Source: Antedon mediterranea (lineage: Eukaryota > Animalia > Echinodermata). Taken from it: DNA of 64,000 nucleotides. The translations under genes were made by a program, and so were the position numbers. The stretch's first letter is position 1. Each line of letters opens with the position of its first letter. The DNA lies in contig NC_092671.1 in NCBI RefSeq assembly GCF_964355755.1, positions 18,228,001 through 18,292,000 of the forward strand. Reading direction: 5' to 3'. Shown piece after piece: positions 1 to 16,105 of this stretch. The notes beneath the pieces were generated by a model. That model made no database searches, was not told where the DNA came from, and was given only the letters and a program-made list of their open reading frames with translations.

Positions 1-397
1 ATCGATATGTTATTGATTTGATCGATAGGTTATTGGTTCGATCGATATGTTATTGGTTCGATTGATAGGTTATTGGTTTGATCGATATGTTATTGATTTG
101 ATTGATAGGTTATTGGTTTGATTGATATGTTATTGGTTTGATTGATAGGTTATTGTTTGATTGATAGGTTATTGGTTTGATTGATCGGTTATTGGTTTGA
201 TTGATATGTTATTGGTTTGATTGATCGGTTATTGATTTGATTGATATGTTATTGGTTTGATTGATAGGTTATTGGTTTAATTTAATAGGTTATTGTTTGA
301 TTGATATGTTATTGGTTTGATTGATCGGTTATTGATTTGATTGATATGTTATTGGTTTGATTGATCGGTTATTGGTTTGATTGATATGTTATTGATT
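1..397. repeat. 20-bp minisatellite (consensus ~ATTGATAGGTTATTGGTTTG), ~20 units, truncated by window start
   Basis: Directly visible 20-nt periodicity with point variants. Confidence 0.95.
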
Positions 398-3300
398 AAA
401 CGATTAATTTATCAATCAATCATCTTATCGTTAATCGAATACTGCAGTATATTACTGATTCAATCGATTTATTCTGTCGTAATATATTGAAGTTATAAAA
501 TGTGTAAATTTTAATTTGACAATGATGAGAGAGGCATATACAAAATTATAATATTGCTTCTCCACTGCGATAAGAACATGAGGAAGGCGTAGTCGTTCAA
601 ATTCGGTTTCCAAATGGAAGTTATTGACAGATCAATAGCATTACACGTCATTTTATTATACATAATTTATTCGATTGGTCTGGGTGGGTCCTGTTTTGTA
701 ATTCCCCACTGCTGAGAATCACCCAAATTGCTAAATATTCAAACGGATGTTCTGATAAAAATAATATGTTGTTGATATATAATTTTATTAGTCTATTTTG
801 CAAAATGCAAACTGTTGATAATGAATTTACATTTCGCAAATCATTGGCAATGAGAAAATGTACCATAAATAAAAAATATGGCTAAATATTGTGCAGAGAT
901 CAAAAGAAAATCGCTATGTCAAATTTATATCATAAGCATGCTTTCTATTTATTTTCTTCATACAATTGTATAAAACTCGAAAAATAAATGTTAACTCTTA
1001 GTAAAGCTTTAATAATGCTGTGATGTGTTTTCACTAGTAATGAATCGCCTTTGCAATGCTGTATCGGCATAAATTTGCAAATTAACGGCAGGCGGAAGAA
1101 TGATGTATCGTATATTATTGTCACACTTTTACTATAGTTTTTCTTTTCACTCTGAGGAAACGTGGTTTTATATCTTCGAAGTGCAATATTTTATTTCCAA
1201 TTCTGTCACAAAGGATTATAATTTTCTGAATGGATGTCAGTACACATGCAGATGTGCATAAAACACTTGAACACTGTAATAAAAAGTACAGTTTCTTGTT
1301 GCTAAAACCTGAAGCGGTGTTATCCATAATGAGTTAAACTCCGTTGGGAAAACTAGCCATTTTTTTATATCTTTGATGTATTCCGTATTGAGAGACATAT
1401 TAAAAATTAACACATATTAGAAACTGAATGTGCTTTTTATCAATTGTAAGCTTATTGAGTTTGCTGTTTTTTCGAGCCTATACATTTCTAAGATACAGTT
1501 CTAAGAATTCATAAATAAAAACCATTAAACAAATTCAGTTTTTTTGAAACAATATAGTATAATCAGTATATTGACGTAGCCTACTTTTTAAATCTCAATT
1601 TTGTTTCCTTTAAAAAATATCTCGATATATGTATATAAATAAATGTAATTTCTCAGGATATCACACTGTTACCACCGGCCTGCGATAACGAACATTTCGC
1701 CGAGTGACTCCCGTGAGACGGGCAGGACTCATTAAATAACGTAATTATTGCTATAAATATAAATAATGTTCGTAGATAAGACTACTCGGTACCTGGAACT
1801 CCGAGGGACAAAACTGTTAGGCCTATATTTCATTGATATTAAAAATGTACATCATTTTTAAAGTTAACGTGTTATACGTGTTTGTTCTATGTATCTGACC
1901 CCATTTACTTCGTATTAGCAGTAATTAGTAGTCTAGCTTTTCTGACGTATAGTTCCTGTTACAATACCTCAATTCTAATGAAATACAGTCTAAGCAAATG
2001 TATTAAACCTCCTGTACTACTGTATTCTCCTTTTTTAGATACTTATGCTGACTAACCTTCTTTCAGCAGGCATTGCCAATAACGCAAATAAAGGCTGTAA
2101 TCACCATTTTAAAAACAAGTTTTAAAAGCTATACCGTTAAATTCCTAGATTTACATCGATATTTTAGAAATACAACGATGACATAGGCATACTAAGGTCT
2201 GATTGAGAATGAATTATGCCTCTAGGTAAGGTTTGTCATTTGAATTAATTACAATAAAAAAACAAACATTTGTCCTGAGGATATGATATTAACACAGCAT
2301 AGTTCCATAACCAACCTCGTTATGACTCCTTTTAAAGAAATAGGCCTAAATGTGCTAAGTTCAACAGCATTTTTTATTCACTGCAATGAGTTATATTCAA
2401 TTCAATTCATTAAATCATTTGCATAACATATATTATAAAAATACAAAACAAAAATTAGAAGAGTCATCATTCTCTAACATTCAGTGCCCTAATGGTCTTA
2501 TAAATTAGTTAGTTTTGGGGTACGTTGTATTTTAATTCTAAATAATTATTATGTATTGTGTGATACTGTCCTGCTTGTAGTTGTAACAAAATACTTTTGT
2601 AATTAAAAAAAATAGAGGATACGCTCGCTTCCCACGCTCGCGTATCCTCTAGTACATGTCCACAGATATGTCTCGAATATATAAAGCTTTGACGTGCAAC
2701 AAAGGCAAAGTCTGTTAAAAACACACACAAAAAATTGATTGTATTTAACCAAAATGTAACTTTAATACGATTAAAGAGGTATGTGGTGGATGGCAGTAAC
2801 AGGTTATAAACTATTATATCATGAAGATTAAAATTCCATCATTCATCGTTGGCTTTTCATAGCTGTGAACGGATGGATTTATCACACAACAGGTCAATAC
2901 GTAAATCATGTTTTTTTATATAATCCAAGAGACTTGATTTAAGAATGTTGTTTAATACTTTTTGCTCTGTATATAATATTTATCTCGTGGCCTCACAATA
3001 TAAATATTTACTCAGGTTTACTTGCTCAAAACTTTCACTATACTGATCGAGATACCATACCGAGTGTGTTTATCAGTGATAACGCTAGCTTTTATAACGA
3101 GAATGTTTAAACCAAGAATCTACATTTTTATTTAATTATTTATTTAATCAATTTCTGACATATACAATACAAAGAAAAAGACAAAACAAACAAGGCAAGG
3201 AAAGACCAAACAGGTGCTAAACACCTATGCTTATAGTTTGTCAACTCAGAACAGAGCACAGAAATAAACCAACAAATTAACTACATTCTACAAATTAAAG

Positions 3301-5689
3301 CATCTACAACTACACAAATTTTCAACATTTAAAATTAATTTTTTTAAAGTAGGCCTATTGAGATAATGTAATCATTTGGTTTTAAAAGAACTAATGTGGT
3401 AACACGTGGGATAGGCCTATATGAATGATATGAAGATTCTGTTCTGAAGCAACGAATATAAAAAAAATAAGAGCTACGAGTAACACGTTGTTTTTTTGTC
3501 ATCAGTATGGAATCATTTCTGAATAATATCAAATGATGTGTGTATTTCATTCAAGTTCATGGCCATAATGATGACATATAACATAGGACAACTTATCCAT
3601 TGGACAATTCGACGGACCTAACCTATAAATTCAGGTGGTTTTCTATTGGAGTGCTGAGAGATTAATTCACCTAAGCGCGGAATATGCATTCATTCATTCA
3701 ATATTTTATTTCTGAATCTTTGCTCCATGGAAAGTAAAACTATGTATAGCCTAAATAAAAAAAATTACTGACTAATTACTACAAAACGATGCGCTCTCAT
3801 CTCAGGATGGCATTCCATCTTTGACTTATATAAGATGTTGTCTGTAATCGTTGAGACAAAAATATGTTTACTTGAATTCGGACTACACATCAGGCCATTT
3901 ATCGATTGACAAACAAATTATAATTATTATAATCAATGACACTTTGAATATGTTTGATTTCCAAATTGTCATCGCAATAACGAACTCACGGTCACGTGTT
4001 TAAACAAGATTAGCGTTTACTTTAAAGGGTAAAAATTGCAATTCACTAACCTAACTAGGTACTTTCTCGGTTGAAATATAGGCTATTCTTCGTATATTTG
4101 CATTAAGTGGTGTTGTAGATGCTGTAAATGTCAATTGCACAATATATTGATTCTACATGACAGCAATGCCTCAAAGGGATGGCTGTGATTCAACTTATGT
4201 AACCACGTTCAATAACAGAAATATAACATGACTATTAGTATTATCACTGACACGATAAATTGCAACCTAAAAGCATTTCAAATGTCCCTGGCGATGTAAG
4301 TCTACACAATGGAAAGAAATTATATGGATAACATAATGTCTCCCAATATCTATAGACAGATTATGAATCTAAATTTTTTTTTACCAGAACAACATGACAT
4401 TTTTAACAATAAAAATTGAATAATGCCTTCATTACATTTCATGATATGGTGATTTATAAGTGGAGGGGTAAATAGAAGGTGCCGTTTCTACTACACAATA
4501 CAGTAGGAACTCCTCCTTCCAGATACCCATATTTTGTCCTATCATGTGAAGTGAAAGTAACGCATAGAATACAATTTAACATTACGGCGGTTAACCACTA
4601 TGTTTTTACCTCTATATGGTAAGACCAGGGTGTCGTAAACTTTATGTGTTCGAAATGTACTGTCCACCTCAACATTTCGTTTAATGTTTTTGTTGAATAT
4701 GCATGCCATTTAATGTCACATACAGTAATAGTTTTCACTTTCTTGACCAAAAATTGGATCGAAAAAATTATTTACCTGAAAAACTGTAATTTAAAGATCA
4801 ATTCAATGGGTTTTGGGTTGAATTTATTTTGTGTTTTTATAAGAAATGATTTTTTCTACGAGAGTGATTAACTAAGCTTGATTAAAATTGCGAAATAGCG
4901 TTTCATAGTATTTTTTTGTTAATCTTTATTCATGTGTTTGGAGGAAAATTAAACTTGAATGAAATAAAACAATTACATTTATACAAACAATAGGCGATAC
5001 GCTGTATAGAGAGCGTATCACCTATTGTTGTATAAATTATTATTCGTTGTCAATATTGTAAATGTTACCGTACTTAACAGTAATATAATATTTTCGACTA
5101 GGGATTAATGTTTAACATGCGCATCATTCAAACACACAAGGTCATACATCATTATATTTTTATGACTACAAAGTACTTTATGCATTCAATTATGAAATGC
5201 AAGAAATCGAAAGCGGAAGAAGCGTGTGTGGCTTAGATGTCAAGTTTGTGAGACCCGGGGGACGGGTCGTAAGCCTATTACAGGCTGGGGTCAATGCTCG
5301 CAGAATAGCCGGAACAAACTCAGTACACATTACTGTGTAACACATCTGTGTTTTTGTTTATTTATTTTATTATAACTTGTATTACTACATTTTATATATT
5401 CATATTAAAATGTACTTTATTTAATTACTGTATTTAATTTATTATTTCAAAGTGTAACAGGCCTATTAGATTTTAATATTATAGCACAATCTTGGTCATT
5501 ACGCTTATGCCTAATAATAATAATTTCTCAAAAAGCATTTTATAGCAAGGCATACACGTGTTTAAACTAAAAAATATATATAGGCCTATATACAGTATTC
5601 TACGGCTCTATATATTGATTGAATTGAATTATTTTCACAAAAAAAAAACATATTTTTGGTGTTTTTGTTCAATAACCTTAAAAAGTTCA

Positions 5690-5805
5690 GAACGGTTCCA
5701 AGCGCAACGCAAGTAATTTGACCAATTACGACGCGATGGATCATCCTAATAACTGTCGCTTGTGATTGGTTGCCGACGTTGTGTCCAAATGCCCATATGG
5801 GAACT
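5690..5805. mobile_element. Short degenerate palindromic MITE-like repeat; second copy at ~15335-15450
   Basis: Both copies share aatttgaccaat..acgac.cgatggatcat...tgtcgc.tgtgattgg...tgggaact and have internal CCAAT/ATTGG symmetry. Confidence 0.5.
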
Positions 5806-6898
5806 TCCACGTAAAACATTACATATTATTATTAATATCACATATTACGGTATCCCATGAATGTAGTGTTCATTGACTTATTCAAACCACATTTTCCGTA
5901 AATTTTGCTAATGCGAATTGCTAGAGGGAATTTTAATAAAGCTCTTTTCGGAAAGTTTCACTTTGCAATAAAAACACTACACCAAACTGTTGGGACTTTC
6001 CGGTGAATCAACATCGTTGGTACTCTGAGGGGAATTTTTTTCCATGAATGACACAAACTTATACCACCTGCTGGTGATACCGTACCTCATGGATAAGTTT
6101 CATCATTGTTATCAAATTACGTGGGAAATCCAAATTTTGATTTATCGTTTGCTGACAATAATGAAGCACTTCCGTCTTTTTAGATCTCACTATGCGTCAT
6201 CATCATAGTATATACCACTCCAAAACGGAAACCCATAATGTATTTCAATTTTTAATAGTTTCTGTAATTTGAATCCCATTTCATATACAATTTCTTTTTC
6301 TAATTCAATATTTCAATTTTGTTTATGTTTTTTTGTAAGTTTTGATTTGTTTAATTCATTCTATTCTATGATAGAGCCACAGCGCATTTATATAATTGCC
6401 TCCGTTCACTTGTCCCGGGCTGTTCAGGAAATCAGTCCGATCTAAGCTCTCAATATATGAGATAATTTCAACTTGTGAACAGGTCCGTGGAAATAAGAAC
6501 AACGTATACGCCGTGTAAATAACATCTAAGCCGTGTAAATAACAACAACAAAGTCTTCTAGGCCTAGGTCTAAACGCTGTTAATTGATCAGCAACCTATT
6601 TAGGAGATACTTCAAATAAGTAGGTCAAGGGGATAGTGTCACTAGAAGTAAATTTCTCATGATGACACAGAGTTCGAATTAATTAGGCCTAAAGGAAATA
6701 TACCTATTGTGTACCAAAACTAATGTGAATCATGGTGGACTAAAGTTTGAGATTACAAGTGTCATAATTAGGCCTACAGTAAACCATAAATACTCGAATA
6801 ATACTGTACAATCAATTAATCAATCAGCTTTTAAGCCAAGACCCTTAACAAAATAACAATAATGTAATAAGACGTTATTTATATTAACAACATAGTAT

Positions 6899-7725
6899 AA
6901 CAAGGCCAACAGCCATTAAGTCGCGTGCTACAATGCATAGTGATACCAGACCGACAGACAGACAGACCGACAGACCGACAGACAGACCGATAGACAGACC
7001 GACAGACCGACAGACACACCGACCGACCGACATAGTGAACTATACTGACCGAAATTACTGAACATGTTTAAAAATGTTGAAATGTTTAAAAACATTTATA
7101 TTTTTTTTATTTACACGTGCGTAGCCTGTCACTTTTGACGTGCTCGTATAACGTAATTTCGAGTTGAAAAGTAAGTCAAGAAAACAGAAATCGGGCAAAA
7201 AGAGTGCGCAATAACATTTAACGCGCAGTGCGCGCGCAAAAATATGCGCACTCATGGCAATTTTGTAAACGCTTAAAATTGCCTGAAACGTACTCTTATT
7301 TCATCGAAAATAAATTTTGAAAATTTTAAGCGCGCGTACGCATGCGTTACATGCGCTACGCACGTAATTGTATTGCCATATGATGATTTATGGCCTGAAA
7401 TTTAAGAGTACCAAATTTTATTTAATTGTGATTCATGGTTGTGAAGATATGATTACAAACGTGATTTCGTTAAATCGTGCGTAGACCGCGTAATTCTTTA
7501 TTGCGCACCGTGAAAACATAACCACATTGATTCCTGGCCATAAGGAATATACTGTGAAAAATTGACCTAGCTAGATGAAACTGATATCAAGATAAGGTCA
7601 GAAAGCGATAAAACGCATAGTGATACCGGACCGACAGACCGACAGACAGACAGACCGACAGACAGACAGACCGACCAACCGACCGACATAGTGAACTATA
7701 GAGTCGCTTCCACGCGACTAAAAAA
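6899..7725 (-). mobile_element. Non-autonomous Helentron-like element (HINE/DINE-1 type), family 1
   Basis: Subterminal inverted repeats agtcgcgtg/cacgcgact; terminal hairpin gagtcgc-ttccac-gcgact followed by an A-run; (GACC/GACA)n tetranucleotide tracts; core nearly identical to 45160-45680. Confidence 0.75.
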
Positions 7726-10700
7726 AAGAAGAATAAATTACTTTAACAGAAGATGATTAATAGTAAAATAAGTTTTTGAAATTGAGATAACTCACATGCA
7801 CAAAACAAACAATATAAATATGAACACACAGTGGATGATTTATTATAACCAGTCGGAAGTAATTTAACAATGGTCAAAGCGTATTCAGACAAATTTAAAA
7901 ATGAACAATTTGTTTACAAAACAATTATAAATGTGAGTTAATTCAGAACACAAGTCACGGGCATATGTAAAGGTTTGGCACACAACTTAATTCCGATCCA
8001 AAGAGATTCGATTTTTAATAAAACAAGATTTCTCTAAGTTTAAAGATTATTAAAAGCGTTATGCTGACGAATTACGATTTGGTTTCAAATATACGCTACA
8101 CTTATCCATCCATTAGATACTGCCCCGATACTGGCCAACAGGTGAGGAAATTGGCTAATCTTATTGTATTACATCAACATGAGACTTTTATCCACAAAAT
8201 AAGTATGCAAGTGTAACATTTTGATCCTATTTACTCACGTGTAAAAATAATAATGTATTACATAGTTACGGATTTCTGTCGTTTTTTACTGGCAAGCTCT
8301 TTCGAACGGACAGCATACCGTAGGGTATTTTGATTTTTAAACTCTAGGCCTACTATTATTAAATGAATGGTTTTTCATTTATAATTTGCTGTTTTGTTAT
8401 ATTTATCCCATGTTTAATATAATACATTGTTGGGGACATTTTGCAATACTTTTTATCACTCAGAATATGGCTAAATGTTATAGCCAAAGGCATCGCATAA
8501 CAACTTTAAACAATTTTATAAAGCGATTTTGAAAGCGATATTATACTGATTGATAAGTCGCATAATATGCACTCTTTCTTGTATAATGGGGTAGTACACT
8601 CACCTATTAAGGTTAATATGTTTACGTGGACCGCTGAATGAAAACCGTATTTGCTTATGTTCACAGTATCGAATTTTAATTCACAACAGAATAATACAAT
8701 GAGATACTTGACTTAAATAGCTCCTTCTGACCTGCTATTGTTATATAATTTATATAGAATACAGAAACTTTATTGGTCTCGCATATAAAAACATTATACA
8801 AGAAATTAATTCGTTGTTGGCAGCTATTAAAATCTCTCATACACACATCAATTATATAAAAATTTAAAATAAACATGACAAAAAATTATTTGTACAATTT
8901 AAAAATAGGATATAACAAGAAATATTTCTTACAAAAAAACGCTGCTCGCTTATTGACGTAACAGTTTTAAAGATATATTGTCCCTCTGAAAAATATTTTT
9001 TATTTCAAATTTGTTTTTGAATGTGTCATTTTATTGTCACATAATAGTTATTTTACCTGAAAAAATGAAATTAAAAGCAAAAAATACTTCAATTGTCTGT
9101 CAGACAATGTGGTTTTTGAGTTATAATTAAACGTTTCTTTTCTCTTTCTATAATGTGAATTTTGTTACAGAAGTGAATAACTTTGATATGAAACAGACTC
9201 AATTTAGTTTATTTTATTGCTAAGGTCAAGTCTGGGGGTCACTTCATCATGCCACTTTAAGTGTGAAGTATCATATTACAAACAAAAACTTTCATGGACT
9301 GTTTTGATAATAATTCAATGATTATCTGACAGCCAAATACAGTATTATCATGGGACTCATAAATACCAGAAATGCAGCTGCTACCTATAAATTATAGTGG
9401 AGTTTCCATTTTAACAAAAATGTCAAAGTGTAGTACTATAACTGCTGCTTGATTTCATCTAATTAATGAGTCATCTCGTGTGACGTAGCGGGCTAGAGCA
9501 GCAGCGTGAAAAAAATATAGTATACAGATATTTATCTATCTATTTATTTAGCAGCATACTGTAAATTAGTGGTACACACAAATCACTAATTCCATGGGAA
9601 TAGACTGACTCCATTGGACTATGTACCCAGAATACCCCGGTATAATTTAAACTCAATCTATAAATATATCTTTATGGAAATGGATCCTCCTACAATTATG
9701 CTTTCTTATCGACATAGCCAGAATTAATAATCACGGTCATTTAAAATGTCTGAGCCCCTCATTTAAGATTATCGTATCACAAATCAGTTCATCAAGCCCT
9801 TCGTAAATCATATAAACCCTTCTACGCGTCAATTGCTGAAAGTATTACAACAGCTATAATTGCGCTTGAATGCCTCGGGAAACCGCAGGTGAATAACAAT
9901 AGGGAAGGGACAACCCTGTTTTCCGAAAGAAGTGAGGCGAAAAATCGTCACACTTTAATAATAATATCAGGTATTTCTGTTAATAATAAACAGCATTTAG
10001 GTATATTGCCGTAATCCAATGAAAGAATATTGTGGGCTTCAAAAACTGAATTTAAACATCGAACAAATAGGTGGCAAGTAGGCATACAGTAGCAAATATA
10101 CATTATATCAAGGTAGTTAATGAATATAATTTATGAATATTATTCCAAGGGGTGCTATAACAACATCTATTTTCTAATTAAAGTTCAATACAGTAATTTA
10201 GAGGGCATATAACTAATGAATTAATAAAAATAAATTTGAATAAATTAAAACACGCTGAATTCAGATTGTTTAGCCAAAGTGACAGTATGTGATTAGTAAA
10301 ATTATTTTATTGCGATATCAATGTGATTAGGTTTCAGCATATAGCATACGTAAAGAAGATTACTTATTTTGTGTCCGATAATTTTTTAATTGATAATCCA
10401 GTACATTGTTATACGTTATACAAAACTGCATGTTATTGGCTTCAAAATCAATACGTTTAATAAAAAAAAGCATATATTTCGACATATCAAATGAAATTGC
10501 GCATAGGTGTAGTACACGGTATAAGAGAATAAATAAAGTTAAAATTATCAAAAACTATCAGTTATGATATCAAAATGACGTTATAAAAATTGTTAAAACT
10601 GTTAAAATACCATAAAGGTCAAAGGCGATTAAAAACTAATGCTACTACAGTAATTACAACTGTTTTAAACGTTTAAAAACAAGAAAGAAAAGAAAATTGT

Positions 10701-12209
10701 TAAAAAGATAAAAATCACCATTGAAATTTACACCGAATACAATTACCAAATAAGATTACCGTGCCAATGTGATAAAACAAATGCGAGGGATACAATCTTA
10801 GAAGGTCTATTGACCGGTGGTTGTGGGGATGTTCAAATTTGAATATAAACTGTAAATCATTTGTATGACGGCAACTTACACTTTCATATCATATTTTTGT
10901 TCTGGTTTTTAAAATGAAGATCTACTTTGTTTTTGTAGATTGATCATTCCAGAAAAGAGCCAAGTCATTTAAAGAAGCAGCGAATTGGTGACATTAGTGA
11001 CATTCGGTTACGCCACATTCGCTCATCTTCACATTATGTCAAGGATGATAAGTGGTTAATTCTCAAGAGGAATAACATTGAGTCGGAAATCGCTTATTTC
11101 AAATATTAAAGCGTGCCTGGATTGTAAGAAAAAAACAAAGACCCTGGATCTCTATGTCTAGGACTAAGACTTATTGACTGATATTAAGCACGAGTTCGCA
11201 CCGCAAACGTTATAAGTCATGTGTATTTCCTATACAGTAATATTAAAGAATATATTTCAATTTTGTTAAAGAAACAATATTTATAATCTTCGATGATTCT
11301 CGTAAGCCTACTAAGATTTATAAAGACCTCAAACTGCTGATTACTTGCACCGTACGATGTCATGAACTTATATATAATTTCAAATTATTGAAAGAATTCC
11401 ATTAGGCAAGAGAATATATTGAACGTATCGAAACACGATACATGGACGCCATTTTAAGAAGTCATCTCCTTTGTTCTCGGAAACATTTACTCAGTTTACT
11501 TATCGATAAAGTTGTATTTTCTAGATATAATGACACTCTTAGTAATCGAAGAGAACATACGATATTACGTTATGGTCGCCTAGGGAATTAGAGTGAATAT
11601 TTTAAAGAGGGTGGACGTAATAGCGTGTCTTGTAGCCTAACTTGGCTGAATTGCGCATAGGCGTGGACAACAACTTTCTTCTCCCCATGACCACCTTCGT
11701 GCACTGGGGGTTTTGTAAGTGCATATGAATCCTCTAGTTTCCCTTCAATCCTTAATATCCCTGCTCTAATAAGTGCACCGGGTTCTATCTTCACTAAATA
11801 TTCGAAATCATAAGGGATGACTGCTATTCGTCCCCACCAATCTCATTCACATTAACAAACTACTTTCACCGTGAATTTTCAAAAATGTCAATTAACAATT
11901 AACCTTGAAGTAAATAGAATGTTACCAAATGTGATTTAGCTCATTCATATCAAAGTAGAGCATTAGTGTGCAATCAGACGCAAGCAAACCATGATTGAAA
12001 GTAATCTCAATAAATCGACTCATAGTATAGGCCTAATCATAAATGGCCGCCAAGGAAACTAGATTACGATAAATAATTAAAAGGACGCATTATAAAAAGA
12101 GACTCATAAAAAATGGAAATAGAAAACTACTTTCTTTGTTGATTAAAATCCTTTTATTATCTTAACTACCCAAGGATAAAGCCTCCCGCTTTACAGAAAT
12201 TAAAAATCA

Positions 12210-12411
12210 AGTAAAAGAAATGTTTAAATGTTATGAAGTAAAAGACACGTTCACATGTTATTAGTAAAATAAATGTTGGCATGTTATTTTGTAAAAGAAA
12301 TGCTGAAATGTTATTAAGTGAAAGAAATTTTGAAATGTTATTATGTAAAAGAAATGTTGACATATTATTACGTAAACAAAATGTTGACATGTTATTATGT
12401 AATAGAAATTG
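12210..12411. repeat. Degenerate 27-bp tandem repeat (aaaagaaatgttgacatgttattatgt), ~7 units
   Basis: Visible periodicity; it explains the repetitive ORFs at 12166 and 12261. Confidence 0.85.
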
Positions 12412-15400
12412 TTACTAATAATTAAACAAAATTGAATGTATACAAATATAAATATAATTGAATTAAAAAACTTTGGAAGACAACCAGAATTGTACTGAAG
12501 TTGCATGCTAATTAGAATAAGTACTGTGATATTTCTATCTATAGCTTGTGAACTTTCTTCTCAACCAACAGTAGAGTACAGTTTTGTTCCTCCCACTGAT
12601 GCCAGTCGCATCCAAGAGGCAGTCTTCTCTAGCATCCAAATATATGGTGGGTCTGACTGTTGAAGGGATTCCTTGACTGAGTTAGCTTCTTAGCTTGACT
12701 AGGAAAGCAGAGAAAAGATTGCTCTGACACACACAATCCTTCATTATTATTTCATATCTTAAAGTAGTTATTATTAATTTACACCTAGTCTACAATAAGT
12801 ATAGTAATGTCAAATTAAAAGTACATTAGGCCTAAATGCACACATTTGCAATGTTGTAAAGTTCAATGTTGTTGCATCATTAATTGACTTTTGTAGGCCT
12901 ACTGTACATTTAATTATGGACTTATAAACATACTATAAATAATTCAATGTATAAAAACGTTTACACTTCATTCCAATCCAATATATATTTTTTTTAACAC
13001 ATTTTCGTTTCGTGCTATGTATTGGATCTGGTTATAAAAGGGTGTTCAGTAAATGATAAATGGATAGTACACCTAAAGAATCATCCATTATCGTAAATTG
13101 ATTAAAACTATCTAATAATTCAACTTAATGGAGCGTGTGCGAACTTTTTCCGTTGGTACTAATAAATGTTAGTTCTTCAATGTTTCCCAAAATAGATATA
13201 AATGACACAATTAGCACATTGTTGTAGGATGTAGGATAAAGAAATACATTATTAATATACTTGCACTTATATAAAGAGTGACTAACACATTCTTAAGCAC
13301 CTGACTGTAAAATTAAATTTAAAAAAAACATAGCGGTATCAACGTTCCGAGGAAGTGGGTATTCATATAATGGTCATTGTTTTTATTAATATTTTTAAGG
13401 AATATTATTAGTACAATTATTTCTGACGAAAGAGAAGTGTAGAAACAAACACTAGAAAAACTAGAAAAAAATAGAAGTTTATGTAATTCAGTGAAAAGTA
13501 CTATAACGTTCACTGCTGCGTCTAATGCACACGTTGGAAGACATTTTACATGGTTACTCCTTTAAAACATATCATTAAGATAAGAGATCACGATACAACA
13601 GAACGGGAACAGAACCATAATAAAGAACAATTTCCCCCGTTCATTTTACGCCAAAGTTCATCTTGATAGGGTGGGGTATTCCAGAGTGTTTCAAGGGTTG
13701 TACTCTTATTGGTTGATATAAATGACAGTAGGCCTATATTTTAAATTTGAGGAAAGTGTCTTTAGGCTGGCCATTGCAACCCGCTACTTTTCAATGGGGA
13801 TACTTCATTAATCTAATAAAGAAGACCTAGGCCTATAACAAATATAGAGGAATAAATATTAATTATAGATATTAATATCGAGCTTTTACGCATTTAAAAT
13901 GGTGTGGTACTGCTGACAGAACAAATAACGGTATAGTTATTACTATAAATTATTATAATACATATACCGTAACATATATTTCGTGCTCGTGACAATAGTT
14001 CGCAGGACATTAATATTTTCTTTTATCGATAAAAATGTCATGCTCTTCGCCAAGAAAGGAAAGTGGGAAAATAGCTACTCGCCAAGGATTAATACGTCAC
14101 CGTACTCAAAGCATGCTATCTAAATTACAGGAAATTCGCTGCATCCGACAAAACCCAATTCTCTGAGTATCGTTACTAATAATATTTTAGTAAATATTAC
14201 TATAAAGGTAAAAGTACTTTAATACAATGTGACATATCGTCGTGCCATCTGTGAATTGAGCAGAACTGTGTAGTTCTCAGTTGTTTTTTCAACAACGTCA
14301 AAAGAATTAATCTTTGTTCTATCCTAAAACGTAGGCCCGATTTGAGGAGGATGGAATTGTGGTGGTACGTGACGGCATACTAATCACTTTGGTGGTATGA
14401 TTATAGCAATTGCGGAAATAGTTGCGTACATGATTTAAGGTCAAATTACACGTCGGTATTTTAAAAGTACAATGGAAATTATGTAACAACATTAAGTAAG
14501 AGGTATTTTTGAACTTGTATACCAAATTTTATTAACCGTAACATTCTAGTTGTTCAAAAATGTCTTCATAGACCAGAAAAACAATATTTTAAGATAATAA
14601 TTAACAGATGTAACCCGTCAAAGACATAGTAAACCAGCAATCAATGTAACATGTATCATAAACATAGTAAAGCCCTCATTTTAGCATAATTGATTTGTAG
14701 TTTACCTCCTAAAAATAGTTTTACTATACAATTTCCATTTTAGGATTTTATAATAAAATCTTCTACCTCTACCTAATGTTTTTACTGCTTTACCGGTAAT
14801 CAATATCATCTAAAGCTATCTCATCGACATTATTTCTCAAGGGACGTAACAAACTGGCGAATATCATAATTAAGAAATGAAAATGAAAACACATGAAATC
14901 GAAAGGCAGAAATCTTAAATCGTATCAAAACATACGCTGGAATGGATTATAAACAAACTGCGTATGATTGAATTACGATATATAAATTGTAATGTATTAT
15001 GAACTACATATTTTAACGAGATACCTACAATGTGTATTACTCGAATTGTAGGCTATATTTCATTGAAATAGTATTTTAGGCCTATGGAAAGATAGCCGTA
15101 TATCTTCAAACTTGTCACATGTCATTATATTATACCCAGATCAGGATGCTGGCCATTGACCCGCCTAGGGGCGTTCCTAACTTCCTATCAAATATAACTC
15201 ACAGGACGGGAGTATTATTATTATGAATGACTTTGGTTTCCAATTAGGGTTTTTAAAACGATAGAATATCAAACGGTTAACTGAAAGTAATTTCTGCAAT
15301 TTTAGTTGACAGGAGGCCTACACCACTTTAGTACATTACACACATTGCGCCGAAAGTAAATTTGACCAATAACGACTCGATGGATCATTCAAAGTGTCGC

Positions 15401-16105
15401 GTGTGATTGGTCAACTCACATGCGTTGCTTCCAAGTGGGAACTAAGCTTAAGATGAATAAAGTGTAATGAAATAAATATTTTAAAATTAGATACATATAG
15501 CCTTCTTTTAATTTTCAGTTCAAATTTTTCCCTCAAACTGTTTTATTTTGCTTATTACTATTACGAATAAAAAAGGTACCGGATGTCAATCTTCCGGGGA
15601 CAATTTATTACACCTAAGTTGTACGTTTATGTGGTAGGCATAATAAATCAATTGAAGTCACCTACGAATGTACACGTCTGGTCCTAAGCGGATCAGCGAT
15701 AAACCGGTGTATGTGGGCCTACCACAAAAATGATTCGTTTGTTTATCCATGGAGGGATTTTGTAATTTAAAATAACCACTTCCTGTGCGAGGAAACAATT
15801 TTAGAAATATTTTACTATGTGCCACTGTTCACATGTTCCATAGGCCTATCAGTAAAGTTTAAATTAACCGATCATTGCATGCAATCCATACCATCACGGA
15901 GAATGGAGAATGCTACCATCAACACAACGTATGTTATAATTAAGATTATGTAACAGTAAACACGCACTGAGAACATGTGGTTGTTCTATGGTGTAAGCTC
16001 TACGTATACAGAATCGGGAAAGGAAGAGATAATTTCAAATTCATCCACACAAGTTACAAAAACATGGCAAAATTATTTGTCTTGTATTTTTGTCAATATT
16101 TGTCA

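Noticed and set aside
1-397. Regular short repeats suggesting a CRISPR array
   Set aside because: No unique spacers and eukaryotic context; a plain minisatellite.
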